From contig CM120647.1 of assembly GCA_051362555.1 (NCBI GenBank), forward strand, positions 806,001-870,000: 64,000 nucleotides of DNA. Direction: 5' to 3'. The position numbers and the translations under genes were made by a program. Shown in pieces: positions 1 through 13,500 of the stretch. Every line of letters begins with the position of its first letter. Positions within the stretch are counted from its first letter, which is position 1. The stretch comes from Lingula anatina. Lineage: Eukaryota; Animalia; Brachiopoda. A model generated the notes under the pieces. That model ran no database searches. It was given only the letters and a program-made list of their open reading frames with translations, and was not told the origin of the DNA.

Positions 1-837
1 CTGACCAGTGTCACGCGGTGCAGTATTCTGAACATGCATTTCTTCAGGTCACACAAACAACAAAGTTATCTCTCAAAAAATTCGATCTCATCACGCTTCC
101 ATCACGCCAAGTGCTGAGCCAATAAATTACAAATGAATACCACTCTCTGTTCTTCCGTGGCGGGACCAATCCGTCAGACAAAATCTGAGATTAACATGTC
201 AAATTTATAGCCGGATAGAGGGTGCAGAAGAAAAGTACTGAACAAAAAGTTTACTGCAGTTTAAAAAAAGGAAACAAAAAAAAAAAAAAAAAGAAACAGA
301 AAGATAAATATTTGAATAAACAACAACTAAAAAAAAGAAGAGGAATTTTTCTTACGAACCAGTATGTACTGGAATAATTTTACCTATGGATATAAATATA
401 TAATAAGGAATATTAAACATTAAACAAACAAACAAATAAATAAATGAAAGGGAGAGGTGCAGAATGTGTCTATAACCCTTTAAAGGGTGGGCAGAGTAAG
501 ACCTACCCTCACACCTAGGGCCCAGATCCTGGGTCGTATTGCATGAGGTCTGATCTTCACGACGATATACTAACAATTTCAACACCTGAAAACACTGTAC
601 TTCTTCATCAGGGCTGATATTGATCTCGCGTTTCGGTGAATGGACTTTGTTCTCCAAGAGCACCAGTGCGCCGTTAAACTTGAAACTCTTCGAATATGAA
701 AAATGAAACAGTGACGATAGCAAATCGTGGATTTTTGAATTTGTTACGATGTGAAGGACTAGCCTTAGTTTAATTTGACAATTTTGCATATCGCCCTCGG
801 ACTTGTTTCATATTCAAGTCAGCCATCAACAGTTCGT

Positions 838-925
838 CAGTGGCGGAGTTAGAGGGGGAGGGGGGTCGGGGGTCCGGCTTCGTATCCACGGACCCCCACT
901 TCAAATAAACCTGGATCCGCCCCTG
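838..925. mobile_element. Short MITE with CAGTGGCGGA...TCCGCCCCTG termini
   Basis: Terminal inverted repeats flanked by the 5-bp direct repeat TTCGT (833-837, 926-930); same family at 56405-56677. Confidence 0.7.
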
Positions 926-1155
926 TTCGTGACACCTTCTGAGGCAAATGATCCTGAAGATATGCGTTGGTTTTGCTCTTTAAGTAGTCCAAGCTTTGTC
1001 CACAGACTTTATGACATTGTCGAATGTGTAGGTTGATAAAAAATAATATTTTCTACAGAGACTAAACGAGTTTTCCACCTATAACACATGCCATTTCGAC
1101 ATAACTGACTGTGTGTTATGTAACAATATCAGTTCCAATATTTATCATTTTTCAG

Positions 1156-1564
1156 GGAAATATGTGCGTGGTGAGTTGCGGCTCGGGAACATGTGTGAGT
1201 ATGGCGGTCAGTGGGACACGATACCAAGGTCAAGGACGAACTATCTCATGTCACGGGGCATTTGTTCCTTAGCCGACAGACTGCAGCTGCCATCTGGTGG
1301 CCAGTTTAAATCTAAAATCGAAACAAAATTGGATTCACACAAGAAAGTACCAAATTCAGCAAACAAGATGAAACCTAAAAATGAAATAAAATTGGACTCA
1401 TCCAAGAAATCCCCTAGTTTAGCAAGCGAGTTGAAATCTAAAAATGAAAGAAAATTGGAACCACCCAAGAAAGCTCCAAGTTTACTGAGCGAGTTTAAAT
1501 CTAAAAACGAAACAAAACTGGTATCATCCGAGATTGTTCCAAAGAAGACGTTGGGATATATCAG
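1156..1564 (+). CDS. Exon A1: C-terminal part of an upstream NTR/TIMP domain plus 4 linker repeats
   Basis: ttttcag|GGAAATATG ... ATCAG|gtacgt; 409 nt; reads GKYVRGELRLGNMCEYGGQWDTIPRSRTNYLMSRGIC... Confidence 0.85.
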
Positions 1565-4500
1565 GTACGTACAGCCTTCGATCCGATCTTTTGTGAAAGA
1601 CAACTTATTTAGTTTTTGCTAGGACCGGTTTAGTCGATTTGTTAAGTTGATCACAACCTCCTGGTCTTAATATCTAATGACACAGAAAGCCGCTTAAAGA
1701 GCACTTCTGTCTGCCCGTCTGTCTGTCTGTTTGTCCGTCTGTTTGTCTGTCTGTCTGTCTGACTATCTCTTACCTTAGGATCACTTGTTTCTAGGTTCGA
1801 GAAGCTGAAACATGGATGTGTTTGTAGACGACCAGACACAAGAGAATCTTTCGACTGCCTTGGAAACAACCACTTTGGTGAGCATACAGTTAATATAAGT
1901 GAGGACAAGAATGGGAAATTGTTTGCCGTAGTATTTTCCCTGTGAGATACTTTTGTATTCGGAAAAATGAAATTAATTTGATATGCACTATTAATTTTCG
2001 AGTAAACGGTGGACTGAATGTTGAAGATGAAGGCAGATTTTCTCTGCAAGACTGCAGCCGTCAAAAATCTGCCATACGGTGTATTATTGGGCAATTCGGG
2101 TGTGATTCTTAAAAGATATGGAGATGATGTTGCCCCATCTCATGATGTTTACTTCTCTGTGCTATTTCAGTAATCAAGGCAAAGGTGATGAAATCCCCTG
2201 AGAGCCGTGACGTCATCCAGCCCTCGGTTTTGTACCGACCTGCCGCTAAATACCTTGTACATATACAACATATATTCAAAGTAAGACTTTTGTCATCAAA
2301 CGCAGTGTAAATTGAGCATATACTTAAAGTAAATCTTCGTTTTAAAAGTGACCGTAATACCTCGAAAATGAATCTCTTCATTATTATTTATTTATTTATT
2401 TATTTGCAGTTTTGGATGGGTCATTCATGTTAGTTAGTAATAAAATGGGAACATTGAATAATTTTAGGATGTGTCTGGAAGTCTTGAGACTGGTGACAAT
2501 TACGTGACGGCAAACAGATCCTCTTTCGTATGTGATACTTATTTAATTACTGGAGAAGAATATTTACTTAAAGGTAATAAAGTGTGGACCTATAAGACCA
2601 GTCATGTGTTGGCTTAAAAGGGCTGTCAATACTTGATTATATAAATTTAAACTATGGAGCGTCACTGAGCATATTTTGCTGAATGTCATGCATTTTGTCT
2701 GTTTGATTGTCCTTGCCTTTGGCACGAATTGGCCAATAAATTCTATCTTTAGTGGTGAAAAAGTTTATTTATTTATTATTATTATTATTGTTTTTTTATT
2801 TGTTATTATTATTATTATTATTATTTTTTTTTTTTTTTTTGCATTGCCTGAAGTGTAGAAATGATAAGAAATTATTCTTTCTATGGAGATTACAGCGCAT
2901 GACGTTTTGACATAACTGATTCTGTTTTCGGTTACAATATAAAGTTTTATACTAATCATTTTCAGGGAAATATGTACGTGGTGAGTTGCGGCTCGGGAAC
3001 ATGTGTGAGTATGGCGGTCAGTGGGACAGGATACCAAGGTCAAGGACGAACTATCTCATGGCACGGGGCATTTGTTCCTTAGCCGACAGACTGCATCTGC
3101 CATCTGGTGGTCATTTTAAATCTAAAAACGAAACAAAATCGGAATCACCCAAGATAGCTCCAAGTTTAGCAAAGAAATTGAAATCTAAAAACGAAATAAA
3201 ATTGGACTCACCCAAGAAAGCTTCAAATTTACTAAGCGAGTTGAAAGCTCAAAACGAAACAAAACTGGTATCATCCAAGAAAGCTCCAAGTTCACTTAGC
3301 GACTTGAAATCTAAAAACGAAACAAAATTGGAACCACCCAAGAAAGCTCCAAGTTTAGTTGGCGGCCTTGCATCTAAAAACGAAACAAAAATGGTATCAT
3401 CCAAGCTGGCTCCTGAAAAGACGTTGCAAGATATCAGGTACGTACATTATTTGAGCTCTTGTGAAAGGCACATAATTCAGTTTTCGCTATGGCCAGTTTG
3501 CAATTTTAGTCGATTTGTGAAGTCGGTCACAACCTCGAAACTTATCCAACTGACATAGCGCAGCTTTCTATCCATCTTTGGCCAATTTAACATAGAAATG
3601 TTCAGTTTTCATCGTTTGACTGGTGTTCTTGTTTATGAGATGTCAAGCCGGAGATACACAGAAAACTGCTATGCTTGTTATGAGGAGAGTCCATCTGTCT
3701 TTCTGTCTGTCTATCTGACTGTCTCTTACCTTAGGATCACTTGTTTCTAGGTTCGAGAAGCTGAAACATGGATGTGTTTATAGACGACCAGACACAAGAG
3801 AATCTTTCGACTGCCTTGGACACAATCACTTTGGTGAGCTTACAGTTAACAAAGCATACATAAGAACGAACAAGCATAGAACATTCTTTGTGGTAGTTTT
3901 TGATTATTTTCTCCTTGTTGGATGTTTTTGTATCGGAAAATAGAATTATGTTGATTTGCACTATTAAGTTTCGAGTGAACCGTGGCTGAAAGTTGAAGAT
4001 GAAAGCAGATTTTCTCTGCAAGACTGCAGCCACCTAACATCTATCCTTACGACGCATGATTAGGCAACACGGGAGTTATTCTTTTAAAAAAATGATGATG
4101 CCCCCTATCGTAATGTTTACTTCTCTGTGCTGTTTCAGTGATCAAGGCAAAGGTGATGAAATCCGCTGAGAGCCGTGACGTCATCCAGCCCTCGGTTTCG
4201 TACCGACCTGCCGCTAAATACGCTGTACATATACAACATATATTTAAGGTAAGTCTATATGAACATGTACTTAAAGTTAGGCTTGGTTTGAAGGTGGGAG
4301 TTTGTAAATTAAACTTGTAAACCGTAAAATAAAGAAGTGACCGTAATAGCTCGAAAATGGGTCTCTTCATCGTCATTTTTGGCGGTTTTGGATTGGATAT
4401 TCATGTTAGTTAGTGATAAAATGGGAATGTTGCATAATTTCAGGATGTGTCTGGAAGTCTTAAGACAGGTGACAATCACGTGACGGCAAACAGATCCTCT

Positions 4501-7500
4501 TTCGTCTGTGATACTTATTTGATTACTGGAGAAGAATTCTTACTTAAAGGTAAGAAAGTGTGAGCCTTTAAATTCAATCATATACGGATTTTAACATCTA
4601 TATCTTGACTTACAATGGCTGTCAACACTTAATAATATAAGGAAAACAACATGCGTCCTTCTCAGCTTCACTTCTAATTAATGTTGACTCGTTTTATCAT
4701 TTTAGATATAGATAAAGTCTTTGTGTTTATTATAATATGAATGAAAGTTTATTTATCTCAATCCTTAATTTTGCTTTAGTTTTTTGATAATTTATTTACA
4801 AACACTTTCTAATTTGCGCATGATTTTTCGACATAAGTGAGGCTGAGTTATATAACAATATCGGTTGCACTATTTATTATTTTTCAGGGAAATATGTGCG
4901 TGGTGAGTTGCGGCTCGGGAACATGTGTGAGTATGGCGGTCAGTGGGACAAGATACCAAGGTCAAGGACGAACTATCTCATGTCACGTGGCAGTTGTTCC
5001 TTAGCCGACAGACTGCAGCTGCCATCTGGTGGCCAGTTTAAATCTAAAAACGAAAGAAAATTGGAATCACCCAAGATCGCTCCAAGTTCAGCAAAGGAGT
5101 TGAAACTTAAAAACGAAGTGAAATTGGACTCACCCAAGAAAGCCCCAAGTCCAGCAAGCGAGTTGAAATCTAAAAATGAAAGAAAATTGGAACCACCCAA
5201 GAAAGCTCCAAGTTTAGCAAGCGAGTTGAAATCTAAAAACGAAACAAAACTGGTATCATCCAAAAAGGCTCATAAGGAGACGTTGGGAGAGAAAGGGTAT
5301 GTATATCCTTAGAGCTTTTGTGAAAGGCAACTTATTCAGTTTTTAAATTTGCTATGGCCAGTTTGCAAATTGAGTCGATTTGTGAAGTCTGGCACAACCT
5401 TGAATCTCATCCAACTGTAGCACAGCTTTCTATCCATCTTTGGCCAATTTAACATACAAGAGTTAAGTTTTTCATCGTTCAAGTTTGACTGGTATTCATA
5501 TCTATTACATGTAAAGCCATGACACAGAAAACCGCTATGCTGCTTATGAAGAGAGTTCATCTGTCTGTCTGTTTGTCTGTCTGTCTATCTGTCTATCTGA
5601 CTGTCTCTTAATTTAGGATCACTTGTTTCTAGGTTCCAGAAGCTGAAACATGGATGTGTTTGTAGACGACCAGATACAAGAGAATCCTTCGACTGCCTCG
5701 GAAACAACCACTTTGGTGAGTTTTGATATAGCATACATAAGAACGAACAAGCATGGAAAATTCTTTGCGATAGTTTTCGGTTATTCTCCCCTTGTTGCAT
5801 GTTTTTGTATCGGAAAATAGAATTATGTTGATTTGCACTATTAAGTTTCGATTGAACCGTGGCTGAAAGTTGAAGATGAAAGCAGATTTTCTCTGCAAGA
5901 CTGCAGCCACCTAAAATCTATCCTTACGACGCATGATTAGGCAACTCGGGAGTTATTCTTCAAAAAAAAATGATGATGCCCCCTGTCGAAATGTTTACTT
6001 CTCTGTGCTGTTTCAGTGATCAAGGCAAAGGTGATGAAATCCGCTGAGAGCCGTGACGTCATCAAACCCTCGGTTTCGTACCGACCTCCCGCTACATATG
6101 CTGTACATATACAGCATTTATTTAAAGTAAGTTTTTGTCATTAAATGCAGTACGTATGAAACATGTTTTTAAAGTCAATCTTTGTTGTGAGCTGGGGCTG
6201 GTAACTTTAACTCGTAAACTGTGAAGTATAGAAATTACCGTAATAGCTCCAAAATTGGTCTCCAGCTCGTTTTTTTACGGTTTTGGGTGGGGAATTGATG
6301 TAACTTAGTGATCAATTAGGAATGTTGTATATCCAGTGAAATACTTCTATTTTTCTTCACTGTTTTTCCTTTTCCAACCTAATAACTCGTTCCAAAAATC
6401 ACCATTTATTGATATTACTTTTAGGATTTGTCTGGAAATCTTGAAACTGGTGACAATTACGTGATGACAAACAGATCCTCTTTCGTCTGTGATACTTATT
6501 TGATTACGGGAGAAGAATATTTACTAAAAGGTAAGAAAGTGTGAGCCTTTAAATTCAATCATATACGGATTTTAACATCAATATTTGGCTTACAATGGCT
6601 GTCAACACTTAATAATATAAGGAAAACAACCTGCGTCCTTCTCAGTTTCACTTCCACTTAATGTTGACACATTTTATCATTTTAGATATAGATAAAGTCT
6701 TTGTGTTTATTATAATACGAATGAAAGTTTATTTATCTCAATTCTTAATTTTTCTTTAGTTTTTTGATAATTCATTTACAAACACTTTCTAATTAACGCA
6801 TGATTTTTCGACATAAGTGAGGCTGAGTTCTATAACAATATCGGTTGCAATATTTACTATTTTTCAGGGGAATATGTGCATGGTGAGTTGCGGCTCGGGA
6901 ACATGTGTGAGTATGGCGGTCAGTGGGACAAGATACCAAGGTCAAGGACGAACTATCTCATGTCACGTGGCAGTTGTTCCTTAGCCGACAGACTGCAGCT
7001 GCCATCTGGTGGCCAGTTTAAATCTAAAAACGAAAGGAAATCGGAATCACCCAAGATCGCTCCAAGTTCAGCAAAGGAGTTGAAACTTAAAAAAGAAGTG
7101 AAATTGGACTCACCCAAGAAAGCCCCAAGTTCAGCAAGCGAGTTGAAATCTAAAAATGAAACAAAATTGGAACCACCCAAGAAAGCTCCAAGTTTAGCAA
7201 GCGAGTTGAAATCTAAAAACGAAACAAAACTGGTATCATCCAAAAAGGCTCATAAGGAGACGTTGGGAGAGAAAGGGTATGTATATCCTTAGAGCTTTTG
7301 TGAAAGGCAACTTATTCAGTTTTTAAATTTGCTATGGCCAGTTTGCAAATTGAGTCGATTTGTGAAGTCTGGCACAACCTTGAATCTCATCCAACTGTAG
7401 CACAGCTTTCTATCCATCTTTGGCCAATTTAACATACAAGAGTTAAGTTTTTCATCGTTCAAGTTTGACTGGTATTCATATCTATTACATGTAAAGCCAT

Positions 7501-10500
7501 GACACAGAAAACCGCTATGCTGCTTATGAAGAGAGTCCATCTGTCTGTCTGTTTGTCTGTCTGTCTATCTGTCTATCTGACTGTCTCTTGATTTAGGATC
7601 ACTTGTTTCTAGGTTCGAGAAGCTAAAACATGGATGTGTTTGTAGACGACCAGACACAAGAGAATCATTCGACTGCCTTGGAAACAACCACTTTGGTGAG
7701 TTTTAATATAGCATACATAAGAACGAAGAAGCATGGAAAATTCTTTGCGATAGTTTTTGGTTATTTTCCCCTTGTTGGATGTTTTTGTATCGGAAAATAG
7801 AATTATGTTGATTTGCACTATTAAGTTTCGAGTGAACCGTGGCTGAAAGTTGAAGATGAAAGCAGATTTTCTCTGCAAGACTGCAGCCACCTAAAATCTA
7901 TCCTTACGACGCATGATTAGGCAACTCGGGAGTTATTCTTTTAAAAAAATGATGATGCCCCCTGTCGAAATGTTTACTTCTCTGTGCTGTTTCAGTGATC
8001 AAGGCAAAGGTGATGAAATCCGCTGAGAGCCGTGACGTCATCCAGCCCTCGGTTTCGTACCGACCTGCCGCTAAATACGCTGTACATATACAACATATAT
8101 TTAAGGTAAGTCTATAAACATGTACTTAAAGTAAGTCTTGGTTTTAAGTTGGGAGTTTGTAAATTAAACTTGTAAACCGTAAAATAAAGAAGTGACCGTA
8201 ATAGCTCGAAAATGGGTCTCTTCATCGTCATTTTTGGCGGTTTTGGATTGGATATTCACGTTAGTTAGTGATAAAATGGGAATGTTGCATAATTTTAGGA
8301 TGTGTCTGGAAGTCTTGAGGCAGGTGACAATAACGTGACGGCAAACAGATCCTCTTTCGTCTGTGATACTTATTTAATTACTGGAGAAGAATATTTACTA
8401 AAAGGTAAGAAAGTGTGAGCCTTTTAAATCTATCAAATACACATTTAAACCTATATTTGGAAAATATAAGGAAAATAACGCTGCGGCCTTCTCTCTCAGC
8501 TTCACTTCTACTTAATGTTGACACATTTTATCATTTTAGACATAGATAAAGTCTTTGTTTTTATTATAAGATGAATGGAGGTTTAAATATCTCACTTCTT
8601 AATTTTTCTTTAGTTTTTTGATAATTTATTTACAATTTCTTACTAATTTACGCATGATTTTTCGACATAATTAGGCCGAGTTATATAACAACATCGATTT
8701 TAGTATTTATTATTTTTCAGGGAAATATGTACGTGATGAGTTGCGGCTCGGGAACATGTGTGAGTATGGCGGTCAGTGGGACAGGATACCAAGGTCAAGG
8801 ACGAACTATCTCATGTCACGGGGAACCTGTTCTTTAGCCGACAGACTGCAGCTTCCATTTGGTGGCGAGCTTAAATCTAATAACGAAAGAAAATTGGAAT
8901 CACCCAAGATCGCTCCAAGTTCAGCAAGCGAGTTGAAATCTAAAAACGAAACAAAATTGGAAGTACCCAAGAAAGCACCAAGTTTAGCAAGCAAGTTGAA
9001 AGCTACACACGAAACAAAACTGGTATCATCCAAGAAAGCTCCAAGTTCACTTAGCAAGTTAAAATCTAAAAACGTAACAAAATTGGAAGTACCCAAGAAA
9101 GCACCAAGTTTAGCAAGCAAGTTGAAAGCTACACACGAAACAAAACTGGTGTCATCCAAGAAAGCTCCAAGTTCACTTAACAAGTTGAAATCTAAAAACG
9201 AAACAAAATTGGAACCACGGGAGAAATATCCCAGTTTAGTAAGGGAGTTTAAATCTAAAATCGAAACAAAACTGGTATCATCTGAGATGGTTCCAAGTTT
9301 AGCAAAGGAGTTGAAACTTAAAAATGGAATAAAATTGGATTCACCCAAGATCGCTCCAAGTTTAGCAAGCGAGTTGAAATCTAAAAATGAAACAAAACTG
9401 TTATCATCCAAGAAGGCTCATAAGGAGACGTTGGGAGAGAAAGGGTACGTATGTCCTTCGAGCTTTTGTGAAAGGCAACTTATTCAACTTATGGCCAGAT
9501 TGCAAATTTAGTCAATTTGTGAAGTCTGTTACAACCTTGAATCTCATCCAACTGTAGCACAGCTTTCTATCCATCCTTTGCCATCTTTGGCAAATTTAGC
9601 ATAGAAAAGTTTAGTTTTTCATCGTTCAAGTTTGACTGGTTTTCATATCTATAACATGTAAAGCCGGCGTGACACAGAAAACTGCTATGCTGGTTATGAA
9701 GAGAGTCCATCTGTCTGTCTGTCTATCTAACTGTCTCTTACCTTAGGATCACTTGTTTCTAGGTTCGAAAAGCTAAAACATGGATGTGTTTGTAAACGAC
9801 CAGACACAAGAGAATCTTTCGACTGCCTTGGACACAATCACTTTGGTGAGCTAACAGTTAACATAGCATAAATAAGAACGAACAAGCATGGAACATTCTT
9901 TGCGGTAGTTTTTGATTACTTTCCCCTCGTTGGATGCTTTTGTATCTGAGAATAAATCTATGTTTAATTGCACTATTAATTTTTGAGTGAATGGTGGCCG
10001 AAAGTTGAAGATGAAGGCAGATTTTTTTTTCTGCAAGACTGCAGCCACCTGAAACATGCTATACAACGCATGATTGGGTAACACAGGAGTTATTCTTTAA
10101 AAAAAATTATGATGCCCCTATCGTAATGTTTACTTCTTTGTACTATTTCAGTGATCAAGGCAAAGGTGATGAAATCCGCTGAGAGCCGTGACGTCATCCA
10201 GCCCTCGGTTTCGTACCGACCTGCCGCTAAATACGCTGTACATATAGAGCATATATTTAAAGTAAGTCTTTGAACATGTACTTAAAGTGAGTCTTGGATT
10301 TAAGGTGGGAGTTTGTAAATTAAACTTGTAAACCGTAAATTATAGAACTGAACGTAATAGCTCGAAAACAGGTCTTTTGATCGTTATTTTTGACGGTTTT
10401 GGATTGGATATTCATGTTAGTTAGTGATAAAATGGGAATATTGAATAATTTTAGGATGTGTCTGGAAGTCTTGAGACAGGTGACAATTACGTGACGGCAA

Positions 10501-13500
10501 ACAGATCCTCTTTCGTCTGTGATACTTATTTAATTACTGGAGAAGAATATTTACTAAAAGGTAAGAAAGTGTGAGCCTTTAAATTCAATCTTATACGGAT
10601 TTTATACCTATATTTGGGCTTACAATTACTGTCAACAATAATATACAACGCTGCATCCTTCTCAGCTTCGATCACTTCTACTTTATGGTATCTTTTTGTA
10701 TCATTTTAGATATAGACAAAGTCTTTGTTTTTATTATAAGATGAATTAAAGTTTATTTATCACCCTTCATAATTTTTCTTTAGTTTTTTTATAATATATT
10801 TACAAACAATTTACTAATTTAAGAATGATTTTTCGACATAAGTGAGGCTGAGTTATATAACAACATCGATATCAGTATTTATTACTTTTCAGGGAAATAT
10901 GTGCGTGGTGAGTTGCGGCTCGGGAACATGTGTGAGTATGGCGGTCAGTGGGACAGGATACCAAGGTCAAGGACGAACTACCTCATGTCACGGGGCAGTT
11001 GTTCCTTATCCGACAGACTGCAGCTGCCATTTGGTAGCCAGTTTAATTCTAAAAATGAAACAGAATTGGAATCACCCAAAATAGCTCCAAGTTTAGCAAG
11101 CAAGTTGAAAGCTACACACGAAACAAAACTGGTATCACCCATTAAAGCTCCAAGTTCACTTAGCAAGTTGAAATCTAAAAACGAAAGAAAATTGGAACCA
11201 AGCGATAAATATCCCAGTTTAGTAAGGGAGTTTAAATCTAAAAACGCAACAAAACTGGTATCGTCCGAGATGGCTCCAAGTTTAGCAAAGGAGTTGAAAC
11301 TTAAAAACGGAACAAAATTGGAATCACCCAAGATGACCCCTAAGAAGACGTTGGGAGATATCAGGTACGTACATCCTTCGAGCTTTTGTGAAAGGCAACT
11401 TATTCAGTTTTTGCTATGGCCAGTTTGCAAATTTAGTCGATTTGTGAAGTCTGTCACAACCTTGAATCTCATCCAACTGTAGCACAGCTTTCTCTCCATC
11501 TTTGGCCAAATTAACCTAGAAGAGTTCAGTTTTTCATCGTTCAAGTTTGACTACTGTTCGTGTCTATAAGATGTAAAGCCGGCTTGACACAGAAAACTGC
11601 TATGCCTTTTATGAACAGAGTATATCCGTCTGTCTGTTTGTCTGTCTGTATGTCTATCTGATTGTCTCTTACCTTAGGATCACTTGTTTCTAGGTTCGAG
11701 AAGCTAAAACATGGATGTGTTTGTAGACGACCAGACACAAGAGAGTCTTTCGACTGCCTTGGACACAATCACTTTGGTGAGCTTACAGTTAACATAGCAT
11801 ACATAAGAACGAACATACATGGAAAATTCTTTGCGGTAGTTTTTGGTTACTTTTCCCTGGTTGGATGTTTTTGTATCGGAAAATAGAATATGTTGAATTG
11901 AACTATTAAGTTTCGTGTGAACCGTGGCTGAAAGTTGAAGACGAAAGCATATTTTCTCCGCAAGACTGCAGCCACCTAAAATATATCCTTTCGACGCATG
12001 ATAAGGCAACACGGGAGCTGTTCTTTTAAAAAATGATGATGCCCCCTATCGAAATGTTTACTTCTCTTTGCTATTTCAGTGATCAAGGCAAAGGTGATGA
12101 AATCCGCTGAGAGCCGTGACGTCATCCAGCCCTCGGTTTCGTACAGACCTGCCGCTGAATACGCTGTACATATAGAGCATATATTTAAAGTAAGTCTATG
12201 AACATGTACTTAAAGTGAGTCTTGGATTTAAGGTGGGAGCTTGTAAATTAAACTTGTAAACCTTAAGATATAGAAGTGACCGTAATAGCTCGAAAACGGG
12301 TCTCTTGATCGTTATTTTTGACGGTTTTGGATTGGATATTCATGTTAGTTAGAGATAAAATGGGAATATTGAATAATTTTAGGATGTGTCTGGAAGTCTT
12401 GAGACAGGTGACAATTACGTGACGGCAAACAGATCCTCTTTCGTCTGTGATACTTATTTAATTACTGGAGAAGAATATTTACTAAAAGGTAAGAAAATGT
12501 GAGCCTTTAAATTCAATCATATACGGATTTTAACATCTATATTTGGCTTACAGTGGCTGTCAACACTTAATAATATAAGGAAAATAACGCTGCGTCCTTC
12601 TCAGCTTCACTTCTACTTAATGTTGACACATTTCATCAGTTTAGATATAGATTAAGCCTTTGTGCTTCTTGTAACGTGAATGAAAGTTTATTTATACTGG
12701 AGAAGAATATTTACTTAAAGGTAAGAAAGTGAGAGCCTTTAAATTCAATCATATACGGATTTTAACATCAATATTTTGGCTTACAACACTTAATAATATA
12801 AGGAAAATAACGCTGCGTCCTTCTCAGCTTCACTTGTACTTAATGTTGACACATTTCATCAATTTAGATATAGATAATGTCTTTGTGTTTATTATAACGT
12901 GAATGAAAGTTTATTTATCTCACTTTTTAACTTTTCTTTTAGTTTTTGGGTAATTAATTGACAAGCATTTACTAATTTAGGCATGGTTTTTCGACATAAG
13001 TGAGGCTGAGTTATATAACAACATTGATTTCATTATTTATTATTTTTTAGGGAAATATTTGCATGGTGAGTTGCAGCTCGGGAACATGTGTGAGTATGGC
13101 GGTCAGTGGGATAGGATACCAAGGTCAAGGACGAACTATCTCATGTCACGGGGCACTTGTTCTTTAGCCGACAGACTGCATCTGCCATCTGGTGGCGAGT
13201 TTAAATCTAAAAACGAAAGAAAATTAGAATCACCCAAGATCGCTCCAAGTTCAGCAAAGAAGTTGAAGTCTAAAAGCAAAACAAAATTGGAACCACCCAA
13301 GAAAGCTCCAAGTTTACTGGGCGAATTTAAATCTAAAAACGACACAAAACTGGTATCATCCAAGAAAGCTCATAAGGAGACGTTGGGAGAGAAAGGGTAC
13401 GTACATCCTTCGAGCTTCTGTGAAATGCAACTTATTCAGTTTTTGCTATGGCCAGTTTTCAAATTTAATTGATTTGTGAAGTCTGGCACAACCTTGAATC

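Noticed and set aside
352-789. 145-aa minus-strand ORF next to A-rich tracts
   Set aside because: No recognisable motif; it may be a decayed retroelement end inside the intron, but this cannot be supported from the sequence alone.
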